From assembly GCA_001655205.1 (NCBI GenBank), contig LPNZ01010237.1, positions 1 through 41,559 on the forward strand: a DNA stretch of 41,559 nucleotides, in the 5' to 3' direction. A program made the position numbers and the translations under genes. This DNA is from Lenisia limosa (lineage: Eukaryota; Protista; Breviatea). Positions 1-13,300 of the stretch are shown piece after piece. The number at the start of each line of letters is the position of its first letter. Positions within the stretch are counted from its first letter, which is position 1. The notes below the pieces were generated by a model. The model did not search any database. It had not been told where the DNA came from and saw nothing but the letters and a program-made list of their open reading frames with translations.

Positions 1-1084
1 AGGTACGTCAGAAATATTGGAGGTATGCTGATGCGCACGGTGTTTCAGGATCAGTTGCTCCATCCACATAAACGTTCTCTTATGTTCCACCTATACTCTC
101 AGAAACTTATATTGTTGATATTTATTCAGTTCAATAATTCTGGTTGTGTCTCAAATGTTATTGATATGACCATTTGGTGTAAGCAGGGTACGTAGGTGAA
201 CGCAACTGAACTAACCTTCTGTCTGACTTGAACCACTGAGTTCCAAGTTTGGTCACTGTTCACACGTGTGCAGTCCGGGCAAATCATCTTCATCACAATG
301 TACTCGGCCACAAAGGCTTGTTGGAGGATGGCTCCGTTGAAAACCTGGGGGAGTGAGGTAAAATGGCAATTTATGAGAGACCCCCCCCCCCAAGGTCAAA
401 GTGGAAAATTTATGGAAACTTGTGATATGAAAAAGCTGGTACCCGATAAGATAAAAACGCAAACATGATTGAGAAAGATCCAATACCCTCAGAACAACAC
501 CCATTGTCTGATCACACAGACTAACCTCTTTCTGGACAGTGAGCTTCACTTTGAGACGTCTGGAATGCTCTTCAGTCCAAACAAAGGCGGCGTCGATCAC
601 CTTAACCTGTGCATTGTAAAAAAACGCATATGCAAACTCCCTTGGCTGGTTTTTTGAAAGAAAAAAAAACTAACCTTATTGAGGCCCTTCATCTTTTTGA
701 GACAAATACTAAGTAGCTCAGCAGACTCAAGTGAACACTGAACCCAGTGACTGGGCGGCTGTAGGTAACTAAAACACCATTAGTTGATACTACGATGAAC
801 AAAAGAAAAATGATGATGGTGGACTGAAAATACCTTTCACATTGAGCGCAGAAGTTAACTGAGAGATTTTTTTGGATTCCATCAGTGATATCGACCTAGA
901 AGGATAAAAAAGAGCACTAGGAAGCCCAAACAAACATTGTTTCTGATACAATTCATGCACATGTTGGTCGGATTGGGTTCAATAATGTAACCACAGTTGC
1001 AACATGGCCTGAAACGTTAGAATTAGCCACAACAGGGACTTCAAACAATGTGGTCTTCTCTTTTGGGCCTGGGTTGTATTCCAT
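1..1084 (-). CDS. NMD3: 60S ribosomal export adaptor NMD3, spliced; 3' part runs off the window start
   Basis: Manual splice from ATG at 1084: MEYNPGPKEKTTLPCCNCGYIIEPNPTNMCMNCIRNNVDITDGIQKNLSVNFCAQCER..., then VIDAAFVWTEEHSRRLKVKLTVQKE and CPDCTRVNSDQTWNSVVQVRQKV. These match the NMD3 CxxC zinc-binding motifs and the WTEPHSxRxKVKLTVQKE block. All introns checked are GT-AG. Confidence 0.92.
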
Positions 1085-1387
1085 TTTGGCTGTATGTAAT
1101 ATAAAGAGCGGCAAGCTACAGTATACTACGCTTTCTTAGTCAAAAAAGGCCAGTAATTTGCTGTTGTTTCAGAGAAAAGGCAAAACAACGTACACGCGCA
1201 ACGTATTTTTAATCTTCTTTTAAGGTTTTTCTGGATGCCCAGGATGCCTAAGAATTGTTTTAAAAGTTTTAATTATATAATCTAAGAATTGGCAGATTCA
1301 TCAAAATACGCCTTTATTTGAAGAAAAAATCCTCTTTACTAAGAATCGTGAGGAGGATCTGGTAGTTATCCGTTGATATCAGTAACT
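1085..1387. promoter_or_regulatory. Bidirectional promoter region NMD3 / AK9
   Basis: 303 nt between divergent ATGs, AT-rich, with CTAAGAAT three times. Confidence 0.55.
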
Positions 1388-4300
1388 ATGCAGAGTGAGG
1401 CACTAGTGCCACCATCAGAGGTCAGTTATTCGGACACATTTGTTGAATTTTCTGTTTTCCTCTCTGTGTTTCCGCTCTCACTTGCCCAGGCTGCTATCCA
1501 CAGTGAAGATGTCGTTTTCGCTGAATTAGCATCAAGGCGCGGTCTTAAAGTTGTTGTTCTTGGCCCTCCTGGCGTTGGCAAGTCAACGGTTCGCCTCTTT
1601 CTCTCTTAATATTGGGATTAAGGCAGAGTCTTTGCATTTTGCAGATAATAGCCCAAGTTCATCAATGTAGCTCACTTCCCGTTTTTATATTCCTCCAGGT
1701 TGCTTTGAGTCTAGCCCGCGCCCTGCGGTCCCCTTATGTTTCTGCTCAACAGATCAAACTCCAAAATAACCATGAGGTAATGAAATACAGAGTTCTCAAT
1801 GGATTTTTGGGGGATTTGTATTTCTGTTACCATTGTGATACTATGCTTAGTTTGTCATCATTTTCAGGTTGATGTTGCTGCTGAGGTAACAGCGGCGCTT
1901 TCTGAGAAGGCTGTTGGTTACGTAGGCTATGTCCTGGACGATTTCCCCTTCGAAAACGCTGTATGCCTGGGGTTCATGGAGTTTCTGGGAGAGAGGGAGG
2001 GAGTGAGATAACAAAACAAACTCTAACCAAAACGCTTCAGGGTGTCACTCAGTGATTTATTCTTGAACCTGATATTTCCAGGCCTGGCCGGAGGAGCTTG
2101 ACGCTCCTGACTATGTCATTTCTCTTGATAGTGGGCAATGGAATGGTTTTTAGCTGTCTGCGATGGATTTAGTTTGGGAGGGCAATATGCTGTTAGTTTC
2201 TTTTTTACATGTGTACAGGTAGTGATGAGGAGATTGCGGCACGCATGTCGGCTGCGCGTCTTGACCCCAGAACTGGCCGAATCTTCTCAAAAGGTAATAA
2301 AACCGAGAATATCTGCGTTATAATTCTGATTCTGAATATTTACTCTCATATTTTTTATTTTATATTTTAATTTTTTCATTTTTAGTTCACCTTATTTTGA
2401 TAGCCAGTTTTATTATTTACGTTTTTAGCTGAAGTTGAGAGTCTTGCAACTATGTGCCTCCAAACCCCACCACCTGGTTCCTCTCCGCTTGATAGCTGGA
2501 GCGACAGAAATGCTGTAATGGGCGCTCTTCGGCCACAGTTGAGAGAGTGTGTCTTATTTTATTTTATTTTTTAGTTGGAAGGAAAGGAAGAGAGCTCCGA
2601 AGACGAGGAGGAGGAAGAAGAGGGTATTGATGAAGACGGTAAGCCTAGGGGGGGGGGNNNNNNNNNNNNNNNNNNNNNNNNNNNNNNNNNNNNNNNNNNN
2701 NNNNNNNNNNNNNNNNNTTTAAAACTGCTTCGTACTTTCTCTGATAGAGTTACCAAAAAAACCAATTTGTGAAAATTATATTCTATTGCAGTATTCCTTC
2801 ATGTTCTCTATCAAAGTGAAAGCTTTGGATTAAGTATCAAAATTCCAATGAAAATTTACAACTTAGATGGCTCAGACAATGAAGCTGAAGAGAAGCCATC
2901 TTTCAATGAGGGTCGTCCTATCGGTAAAGCTACACCATGGTGGAGGATCCTTGTGTCTCTTGGTGGGGTTGGATCTGGGATCGGCATCACTTTGGTCCAC
3001 AAACGACATTTCCAAATAAATTCTAGAATCTCATTACGCACATTTCTACCACAAACTGACCTGTCAGGAGATGATGCGACAGAGGCTATTAACCTAGTGT
3101 ACAAACGCCTGACTCCTTTGGAGAAGACCCAACAACAAAGTGGGCTCAATGATCATTCCTTTATAACAACATTCTGAAAGTATTTGAGCTTTACCACCAT
3201 ATTATAAGGACCCGTTGTCGTTTATGACCTCGAAGTACAGTTGGTAACAGTAAGAGTCGTATTGACCTCTCCTCCCAGTTCTTGACGATATTGTGGCTTG
3301 GAGATCCAGTCCTCACGCGGCCGCTTCACGTCTTTTCCCAAATGCCCTTATGGGTGTGCCCCAGAAAAGCCCCAGCACAGCGGTATGGGTTTTTCTTTTC
3401 TTTTAAACACTTGCTCAGTTAATTGTGGTGTTCAATGTATTTTTATCGTTGGTTGCTCGGAGTTTTCTTCTATCTTCAGTTTCCTAATTGCCCCCCCCCC
3501 CTCCCAGATAAAGCCCAGTATTATTCTTCGAGTGGATGCTACGACCAATGCTATTGACACTGTCCGTCTATCCATTTTGGAGGTACGATCCGGGTGCTGG
3601 AATTTTGCATTGCATTGCAATTTATGATTTTATCGGTCACTAGTATTGCAATACATGTACACATAATACATAGTACATAGCTATGTATTTACATATCATA
3701 TTTTTGTATATTCAATATGGTTGTGAACAAGTTACAGCAGGGGAAATGGGCAAGGTTGAAATATTGATTTCTGATACATTAGCTCACTGACGCTGCTGGG
3801 CCCTTGGAGTCCCTCATTGTCAACCCGCCTCAGCCCATTGTTCCAGGTAATGGCACTTTACTACCTTTTAGCCTGGTATCCAGTGTGTTTAAGCTTTGTT
3901 TTGGTCCGTATCCTCAATTCATATTATGTTATGATCAACAGCTGTTTTTTATTAAAACTAACTTTTTAAGATGATGAATTGCCTGGAGTAGAAGAGAATG
4001 GAGAGGAAGAAGAAGATGAAATCTCAGATCTTGAAGGTTTGAGAGACCTAAAAAGATAGAGCAAAACTTAGATTGTTATGCGAATGATAGCTTTTACCTT
4101 GTTATCTCTAACTGGTTTAGAAGAGGAAGAAGACCCTCTTGCACGGTCTAGCCTTGCCGCAGTCATCCCCATGCACGGTTTGTGGGACATTAGATTATAT
4201 ATATTAGTATATGGTGCAATGAAGTATGCTTTCTGTGGGGGTACATACGTATGATAATGTATACTTATAACCTTTTCAGTTGCCAACCCTCCACGGTACC

Positions 4301-7300
4301 ACCCGGCTGCCCACCCCACTTCAATGTTCCCCGCCATTCCGTCACCTTTCGGCCTTCTCCCACCTTATGTAAACTGGACTTACGGTACAGTGTTTGACAT
4401 CGTTGATATTGATCAAAAATTAATCATGATATGGGCTTCAGAAGAATCAAATAACAAGCAAAATATTTTAGGTCCCAGCTCCCAAGCCAGAAAAGCCAAA
4501 AAAAGAGAAGAAGGAAAAGAAGTCCCGCACCTCTGATGTATGGAGCATTGTTGAATCTTTGATAGTTATAAGTATCACATACAAAATACAAATACGTACA
4601 CGTAATATAATATTAGGGGGCAGATTTTAGTTTTTAATACTGTAATAGTTATTTGACTGGATTTAGAACGAAGAAGAGGAAGAGGAGGAGGAGGAGGAAG
4701 AAGAAGATGAGGAAGACCCAGAGGATCCAGAAGCTGAGATTCGTGAGGTCTTCGAGGCTGCGTGTGAAGACGAAGCCTTCACTAACAACCTGCTTTGGCC
4801 CCTTTTGGGTGTTGGTGCAGGAGTGGTTGCCGGACCTCTGCAGATGCCTCTTCCCGAAATGGAAGTCCTCAAAGTATGTGGAATTTCGTACTTTCCCTTG
4901 GAGTCCTGATCTGACTATTGTGCACATGATATTGTAGTATAGTATAAATGATCAAGGGCCGCAGATGTGAATATTTTATAGAGATCTCTGATAGATCTAC
5001 AAAAACACAGGTATCAAAAATCTGCGACCCCTGCATATGATATGATATGATAGGTTCTACTATCCACTATTACATTTATATTGTACTGATTAATAACTCC
5101 CAAGACTGGGTGGGTATTCCGCAACTCACAAGCCATTGCCGGGGCCTGTGGACCAATTAATGACTCATGGACGAGACCACCCCAGCAGAAAGCCGTTCAC
5201 TCCGATAGTGAGGATGAGAGTGGTGGGTTTGGGTAAATCGAAGTGATTAAGGGAGAGAATATCAGGGGGTAGTCGAGTCCCTGCATAGTCCAAGCTTAAC
5301 TATAATATGATGTGAGCAGGAATTGAAAAAACGTGCCTGATGAAAGATGATCCAAATGGATATTCGCAACTTTGGCTCACCTAACTTCTCCAGATGACGA
5401 GGCTCTTGAGCGACTAAGTCTGATTGAAGGTGATAACGAGCCGGACACCGAAGAGGATCCCGTCATTAGACCTTGGGGTAGACAGGTGAGAATACGATTG
5501 TAAATCCTCGGTTAGATTATCTGATTTTCCCATGTATTCCTTTATCACGGCTTCGGACAGATACAACCTTTTTTTATTTCTAACAAAATTATATTCCTTT
5601 ATCCCTCTCCCTTACTACTCAGCTCTGGGCTGCTGGGTGGAAGTGCTGTGTCGCGCTCAGCGAAGGAGCGCACCTAAATGGCACACGGACATGGGCCTGT
5701 GAATACATGGTATTGGAGTTGCTGTTCTTTTCGTTAAACAACTTGGCATTATATCGATTGGCTTTGGGAATTGCGTTTGACGATGATCCAGGGACTTGTT
5801 TATCCTCTTTCGTCAAGAGCAGCACGTGCTGCGTTCCTTCAAGATCCCCATAAGTATATTCACGTAGATATAGTGGTAAGCTTCCCCACAACCGCCTCCA
5901 AAGAATGGAGTTCTTATCCAAAACATGACACAGTAAATGCCACAATGGCATGTTAATCACAGAGTATTTAACCAATGGCCTATAGTGTTTCTATTTCATA
6001 TTGCCACACCCCACAGTCGCCACCATTACGCCTTGTTGTTCTTGGTATGCCTGCATCAGGCAAAACAACTCAAGCTGCGGTGAGGGGGGGGGGGTATTGC
6101 AACTCTTATTACGCGTTATAAAGTTATCCCCTTATTGTTCTCATACATTTAGCTCTTTTCTCGCGAGTATGGCCTTCCCATTCTCCCAACCCAGGAAATC
6201 CTCCAGGTTTGTGTTTGTGAGGCATCCATTTGATTACATGTTGCTGTAAAACAAAGATTGGGTTACTTCCGATCAGGACCTATCACATAACAACCTCCAG
6301 GCATGTGCATCAGTTTATGATCCTGGAGAACCTGAACTTTGGGATATCATTCCGGGTACCACTGGAATGAAGGAAGTGGGTATTGGATTACTTTTGATTA
6401 CACTGTAATTGCTTCCAACTGCTTGTTTTTATTTTATAATCTTTTAGGGGGAAGAAGAAGAGGAGGAGGAGGAGGATGATGAGAAAGATGAGAAAGTTGA
6501 AGAAGAGAAGGAGGAAGCGGTAAAGGAGGATGGTGATAAGGAGGAGCAAAAAGAGGAGCCCTCTGAAGATCCAGAAGAACCCAAAATAACTCCAAGACAG
6601 GTACGGAGATGAATGAATGTATAAGTTGAGTGTGTTTTTGCGCCTCTGACCCCCCCCCCCCCNNNNNNNNNNNNNNNNNNNNNNNNNNNNNNNNNNNNNN
6701 NNNNNNNNNNNNNNNNNNNNNNNNNNNNNNNNNNNNNNNNNNNNNNNNNNNNNNNNNNNNNNNGTGGCAAGGTTCTCACATTGGTGGGCACTGCTGGGAC
6801 TTCTTGCGATTCCTATGAGCGTATTTATAGGGGTATTGCTTCCCCAGTGGATAAGCCACAAAATCTTTTATTTCAGATTTCTTTTTTTTTCAAACTTCGT
6901 AATAAATACTAGCTGTTCGCTTTTGTCATCATGGGTATTGCAGTGAAGCCGGAAGTATACATGTACATGCACATATTGTCATAGACATAACACTATACTG
7001 AATGCACCTTTCCATCTTGACGGTCTCAAGGAACGAGCGAACAGGGTTGGGTCTTAGAGTTACCCAAAATCCCCGTGGGTGCTATTCTTGAGGCCTTGGC
7101 ACACCCTGACTCTCCGTTATTTGCCTCCAATGGTGGGTGGGGTGGATTGTCTAACCATTTTCAAAACAGGACACGTATATATTACATATAATAGTATATA
7201 GTATACTATATATATATATGATATGTATATGTATATATATATATTTATCTTGATCTCTTTTATTGTTATTCTAGTCATATACATTTCTTATTCCTCACCC

Positions 7301-10300
7301 CCAGTTCTTGAGCTAATTGAGCGTGAACCATATGATGGTGGCAAGAACCCTCTTATTGCAGAGAGACGTGGCCTGAAGGTTTGCTAAGGCATCTTGGCTT
7401 TTTTATTGTACCACCAAAAGGGAGACCTTGAGATTATGTTTGACATCTGTTTATGGCTACAATATCTATATCATATATTAGTATATAGTGGATGTTGTAC
7501 AGTTTTTGGTAAATATGTCTTGTTNNNNNNNNNNNNNNNNNNNNNNNNNNNNNNNNNNNNNNNNNNNNNNNNNNNNNNNNNNNNNNNNNNNNNNNNNNNN
7601 NNNNNNNNNNNNNNNNNNNNNNNNNNNNNNNNNNNNNNNNNNNNNNNNNNNNNNNNNNNNNNNNNNNNNNNNNNNNNNNNNNNNAGGATGATGACGAGGA
7701 GGAATACGAGGAAGAAGGAAAGCCAAAAGCATCTAAATCTCCAGTCCCAGAAGAAAAGGTTGGTTTGAAAGTGTTTTTCTTCTCTTTTATTGCTACACAC
7801 ACACGTATACTAATATACATACAGTGACCGGGAATAGAGATGTCACTACCAATTTAGGCACGTAAGGCGTTAGAGGCGGCACGACTTTGGCGTGAGCTGG
7901 CTGCCTTCAGAAAAAGTGGCGAATTTCGTGATCAGGTTTTGAAACGTTTCAGGAAGCAAGTGAGTTGCGGGGTTGCTGTGGAATAGGCAAGATAGCAGAA
8001 GTATTGTTGACAGTTTAACTCTACTACTGTTCATATTCCATCAACAAAGCAATACTGGACCAAATTTTTTGGTTTCAGAAATGAGCTAACCCTTTTAGTC
8101 AATCGAAACTGCCACCGCCTTTTTGGAGGATGCCAAGGAAGTTGTATACGGCTTTGCCAGGCGTGAGGTATGTTGTTGACGGGGAGGGGGGGGGGAGGNN
8201 NNNNNNNNACTTTTCAACATTTACTTTTACACATACAGGTAATTCAGCACTTGGAGAAGGCTGTCGGAGAAATGACGACTGAAGACCACCAATGGACCCT
8301 TGAGGATGATCTTGAAGTGAGGGGGGGGGGGGGGNNNNNNNNNNNNNNNNNNNNNNNNNNNNNNNGATTGTTTTTGTTTTTTTTTAACCTGCTAGTTAAT
8401 CCCTCCCAAAACCAAGGATAACGATGACGAAGAACCTGAGGTAGGAAACTTCAGGCAAGGAGAATGATGGGGAGAATATCGGTATTATCTTTATTTTGAT
8501 TAAATAGATATGCTTCCTTCCGATATTTCTAACTTGCCACCAATCAGGAACAAGAACCTTATATTTTCTGGGGAGAATCTGGCCGCTTCTGCCCGGTCAC
8601 CCTCTGTCGTTCAAACGTACTCCGTCCTGGACTGTCGGAAGTGACTTGCTCTTTCCGCGGCCGCGTGTACTCCTTCGCTTCCGAAGCGCAGAAGCTCGAG
8701 TTCATGGCTAACCCCGAGGTATTTGGGTTTGTTCACAGGGTTTTCTGCAACACTCATATCATACTAGTATTCAGTAGAGAATATGTACATATATTTTACC
8801 TTATGTATTCATAGACTCATATTTTAAAACTTAGACCTTCATTACTCCTGGACTTCCTCCCACTATCCCGCCTCCCCACATCGTCATCTGCGGACCCTCA
8901 ATGTCTGGCAAAAGTACCGTTGGTACGTGGGACGTCTCCTCTGTTTATCAAAGGATACGACTATGCAACAAAAAGCCAGGCTGTTATGATTGAGTTTGTT
9001 GAATTGGCCCAAGCTTTGAAGCAGTATATTATCTGGTGTTCATTTTTTGGCAGGGATAAATATTGTTTTTTTCTCTCTTTTCTTTGACCATTTAGCACGC
9101 TCATTTGCCTCCCGTTACAACTTGACTGTTATCTCCGGCACTGAGCTTGTTGAGGAAACCCGGGCGGAAGTCATGGGCGAACTTGAGGTAATTGCTTCTG
9201 CCAAAGCTGAGGCAAAGGTGGGTACAGCTATCCATTGTATTCATGAAATAATCCAAATGGCATTATTTTCCTTGGTATGTCATTCTAAATTCACCACCTT
9301 CAGCGGGTCAAGGCTGAGGCTGCAGCGGAGAAGAAAGCTGCCAAAGAAGCAGCTCTGGCTGAAAAGGAAGAAAAACGCAAACTCAAGAAAGAGGCTAGGC
9401 GCAAAAGGGAAGAGGAGGAAGAGGTTTGTGGTAGCTGGCTTTGGTAGAAGAAAAATAATATCTTCAAAAGCATACTTTTAGTTTGTCATGACAAAATTAT
9501 TTTTGCTTTCCGACCTCAACACCCACCCCATGATCATATCTAGAGTGACAACCGTATCTCAGAAGAAGACGAGGAGGAGGAGGAAGAAGAACCAGAAGAG
9601 AAGCCGGAAGATGAAGAAGAGGAGGAGGAGGAGGAAGAGGCGGACCCTCAAGAAAAGGTATTTCAAACTCTCATAAATTGGAGTTATCTTTGATTATTTT
9701 TTATTATTTTTTGTTATATATCTCCCCCCTCCCTATAACTGACCATGGTTGTGAGTTGTTTTTGTTATAAGCTGCTTCTGGATATTATCATTGTCTTGTA
9801 CGTCCATATTGTCACCCCCCCCCCNNNNNNNNNNNNNNNNNNNNNNNNNNNNNNNNNNNNNNNNNNNNNNNNNNNNNNNNNNNNNNNNNNNNNNNNNNNN
9901 NNNNNNNNNNNNNNNNNNNNNNNNNNNNNNCATCGCTGCTCTGACCAGGTTATCTGGCGGGTGGATTCTCGATGGCTGGGGTGCAACTTTGCCTCAAGGT
10001 ACGCGGGCTGTAAACGTTATACTACTAATGATAATCAGATAATCCGTAGCATATCTTCCTCTTTCTATACGTGTCCTATGTAACCCTCCTCCTCAGCCGA
10101 AGCCCTTCAGAAGGCTGGTTTCTGGCCAGATATGGTCCTTCACTTGGATGTTGACCCTGAAGTTTCTGAACAAAGGCGATTCGTTACCCCGATCTTGCCA
10201 CCTCTCGTAACGGGGAGGATGGTCGGCTATAAAAACACTCCTACCTTGTGCTTTTTTTTTTTTTTTTTTTTTTNNNNNNNNNNNNNNNNNNNNNNNNNNN

Positions 10301-13300
10301 NNNNNNNNNNNNNNNNNNNNNNNNNNNNNNNNNNNNNNNNNNNNNNNNNNNNNNNNNNNNNNNNNNNNNCCATTTTTCACAGACTAATATTATATGATTC
10401 AGGAAAAGGATGATGAAGATGAAGAGGAGGAAGAAGAAGAAACCGAAGAAATGAAGGAACTCCGTCACCAAGAGATGATCGAAGAAGCCAAGGTGACTGG
10501 CGAGAGTAGAATAATGATTATTTGGATGGGTGGGGGATGGGATTACAGTAATATTTTGAATACAATTTCCACTGTCCAATTTACTATGGGCCAATTATCT
10601 AACTGTTGAAGGCTGTACTTCAAGAGGAGGCCGAAACAGCAACCTCCGAAATTCTCGAGGGTTGGCACGGGTTAGACAAGATAATAATGGGCGACTGCTA
10701 CCTTTGTGAAGATGTGGTTGCAAGTTTCTAATCTGCAGGTTTGGAGTTCTGGCAGGAAGGCTCCGTCATCACCAGCACAGTGTCTGGTGCGATAAGAATG
10801 AAGAGCATGCTGAGAGCCGCCCTCAATGGTTGGCCAGGTTCCCTTGTTCCTTTATCTTGGAAATGGCAAGCTCCCCGACAATGAGAAGGATGTGGTTTTG
10901 TCTCTTAATTGCCTGTAGACGTGAAAGCAGTTCTGGACCCAACACTTCGATCAGCACTTCTCTCTCCGGCCCTAGCCATTTCTCAGTCCACTGCTGAGAT
11001 TTGGCTTCGTTTCAACTACGCTGTCCTCAGTCAGATGGCGTACAATTGCCCTGTTAAGGTAAGTAACCCAAAGTCCCTGGCTTTAGTATCGTTGAAAGTT
11101 ATTAATGCCCCAGGCGAACCTTGGAGGGGACGAGCTACCTACGACTACCTTTCCTGTCATGTTCCGTCGTCGCATCTACTACCTCTCTTCGGCCGCGAAT
11201 AGGTATGTTTCAAGACGTTCCTCCATCCACCCCCCTCTTTGAGTGCTATGAAGGCTTTTTTTTTCAACTTGAAATTTTTGTTAATCCCTCTCTAAGGCGG
11301 TCTTTCCTTGCTGCTCCTCTTCGCTTTGCAGCTACGGCCCCGGCACCGCCAAGAACAATTTGCAAGGTTTGGCATACCTCGAATTTTCCCTAGCCTGAAA
11401 GGGTATTGATCATAGCAATGCTATGATATATAATGACAGGTTCTTTATCAAAATAAAATGATATCCATTGGGGAATCAACTCATACAAGTTGATACGGCC
11501 TGGGACTGTGCATCATCACCTTCTAGGCCGCTGTAGTCGGTTCACCTCTCGGAGGAAAGACCTCTTGTAGCACCATGATGGCTGAGACGCTCGGTGCTAT
11601 TGTCATCTCCTCAAAAACCTTAGCATCAATGACGGTGGGACTAAACGCAGTTTTGCAACCTTTTATATTTTGGGCTTAGTTTGTTTTGTTGTTGTCAGCC
11701 CTTGTGTTTGCTAACCAACTGAGTTGATTTTTTTTTTTTTTTTTTTTTTTTTNNNNNNNNNNNNNNNNNNNNNNNNNNNNNNNNNNNNNNNNNNNNNNNN
11801 NNNNNNNNNNNNNNNNNNNNNNNNNNNNNNNNNNNNNNNNNNNNNNNNNNNNNNNNNNNNNNNNNNNNNNNNNNNNNNNNNNNNNNNNNNNNNNNNNNNN
11901 NNNNNNNNNNNNNNNNNNNNNNNNNNNNNNNNNNNNNNNNNNNNNNNNNNNNNNNNNNNACAAGGCACTTACGCAACTTCTTGAGTCGTGGCCCTGCAAG
12001 GCGCGAGGGTGGATTCTCGACGGAATTCTCCAAACGCTGGAAGATGCCCAATCATTGGCGTTTGTTGGAGTAGTACCCCAAACCGTCATTGCGCTCACGC
12101 TCACCGCCAACTCCGTTCGTACCAGATATGCGCATGATAAGTCCAACGCAGTGGCGTGCAAGTTGCCTCTCGCTCCACCCACGCGCTACTCCTCCCTTCC
12201 CTCCGTAATTACTTCAGTAAGCGTCTTTATCGCTTTCTATTGTAAAGCTTACCATTTAGTCTGAAGTTGAAGCTCGCATTAGGAGGAGTGAAAAGGCTCT
12301 TCGCCCTATGCAACGTTTTTATGCTGAATCTTGGGATTGCTGGGTAGACGTTGATCCTTCAAAAGTTCGCCCAGTAACGGAATGGAAAGCTAGTCATATT
12401 TCCACATTATGATTTTAAACACTTAATAATCATCCATTCAATTTTCTCTGTATGGAGTTTAACTGATCTAGTCAAAATGGTTCGTTTCACGCCTTGCCAC
12501 TCGCCACACCCTCTATGCCATGCAAGCTTCTGGTTGGATGGAAAGCGTCCGCAACACACACATGTTATTCAAATATTGAACCCACCTTTCTTTGTGACTC
12601 AACTTGGAAACATACTTACCAAAATAGGGAACCTGAGAGCCGCCCGTGCCGCTGGAACAGCGGTCAGCCTCTACCGCACTTCATCTTCAATCTCGGAGGC
12701 CATGTCAAGACTATCCAAGGTTGGGTTCACTTCACTTTGTTCTCGAGTATTTTTGTTTTGATAATGCGCTCCTTCACTCTTTAGTTTGGAACCATCTGCC
12801 CTGTAGCTCTGAGCCAGGGTTACCAAATTCACGGATTTGGCAACTCCCCTCACTCTCCTATTGGGCTTGAAAACATTACCTTGGCCCCTCCTTCAATTGA
12901 TCAGCCGAAATCTCATCCTCTCCGGGTGGGTCAATCCTCACATAGTATTTGCTTTCATTGATTTGGAAATGTTTTTACTTCCACCAACGTGGGAATGACC
13001 ATTCCCCCACAGGAGTCAGCATCTGGATTGGTGGCGTCGCGACCCGTGTCCCCAAGCTCGCGCTCCCTCGCAGCGTCCCCCTCACTTCGCCGCATCACAT
13101 CTGGGTTCAGTCCACTCACTTCAAATCCCTACCTTCCAAACCAGGTACATATATAGAAGAAAAAAAATATATGTATATATATACATATACATATCATATG
13201 CACATATATATTAGTACTATGTTTCCGAACTAAATGCACAGAAAGTTCTCACAATATGTAGTCGCAACAAACATTGACAGTTGCGATTCCGGAGTCAGTT

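Noticed and set aside
1372-1386. RFX X-box upstream of the ciliary gene AK9 (GTTGATATCAGTAAC)
   Set aside because: Only the right half (GTAAC) fits; the left half misses the conserved C residues.
4649-9676. Ser-rich, Phe/Leu-rich and Arg/Lys-rich ORFs in the track (e.g. 4663-4872, 6388-6861, 9488-9676)
   Set aside because: They are antisense or off-frame readings of the GAG/GAA-rich acidic AK9 exons.
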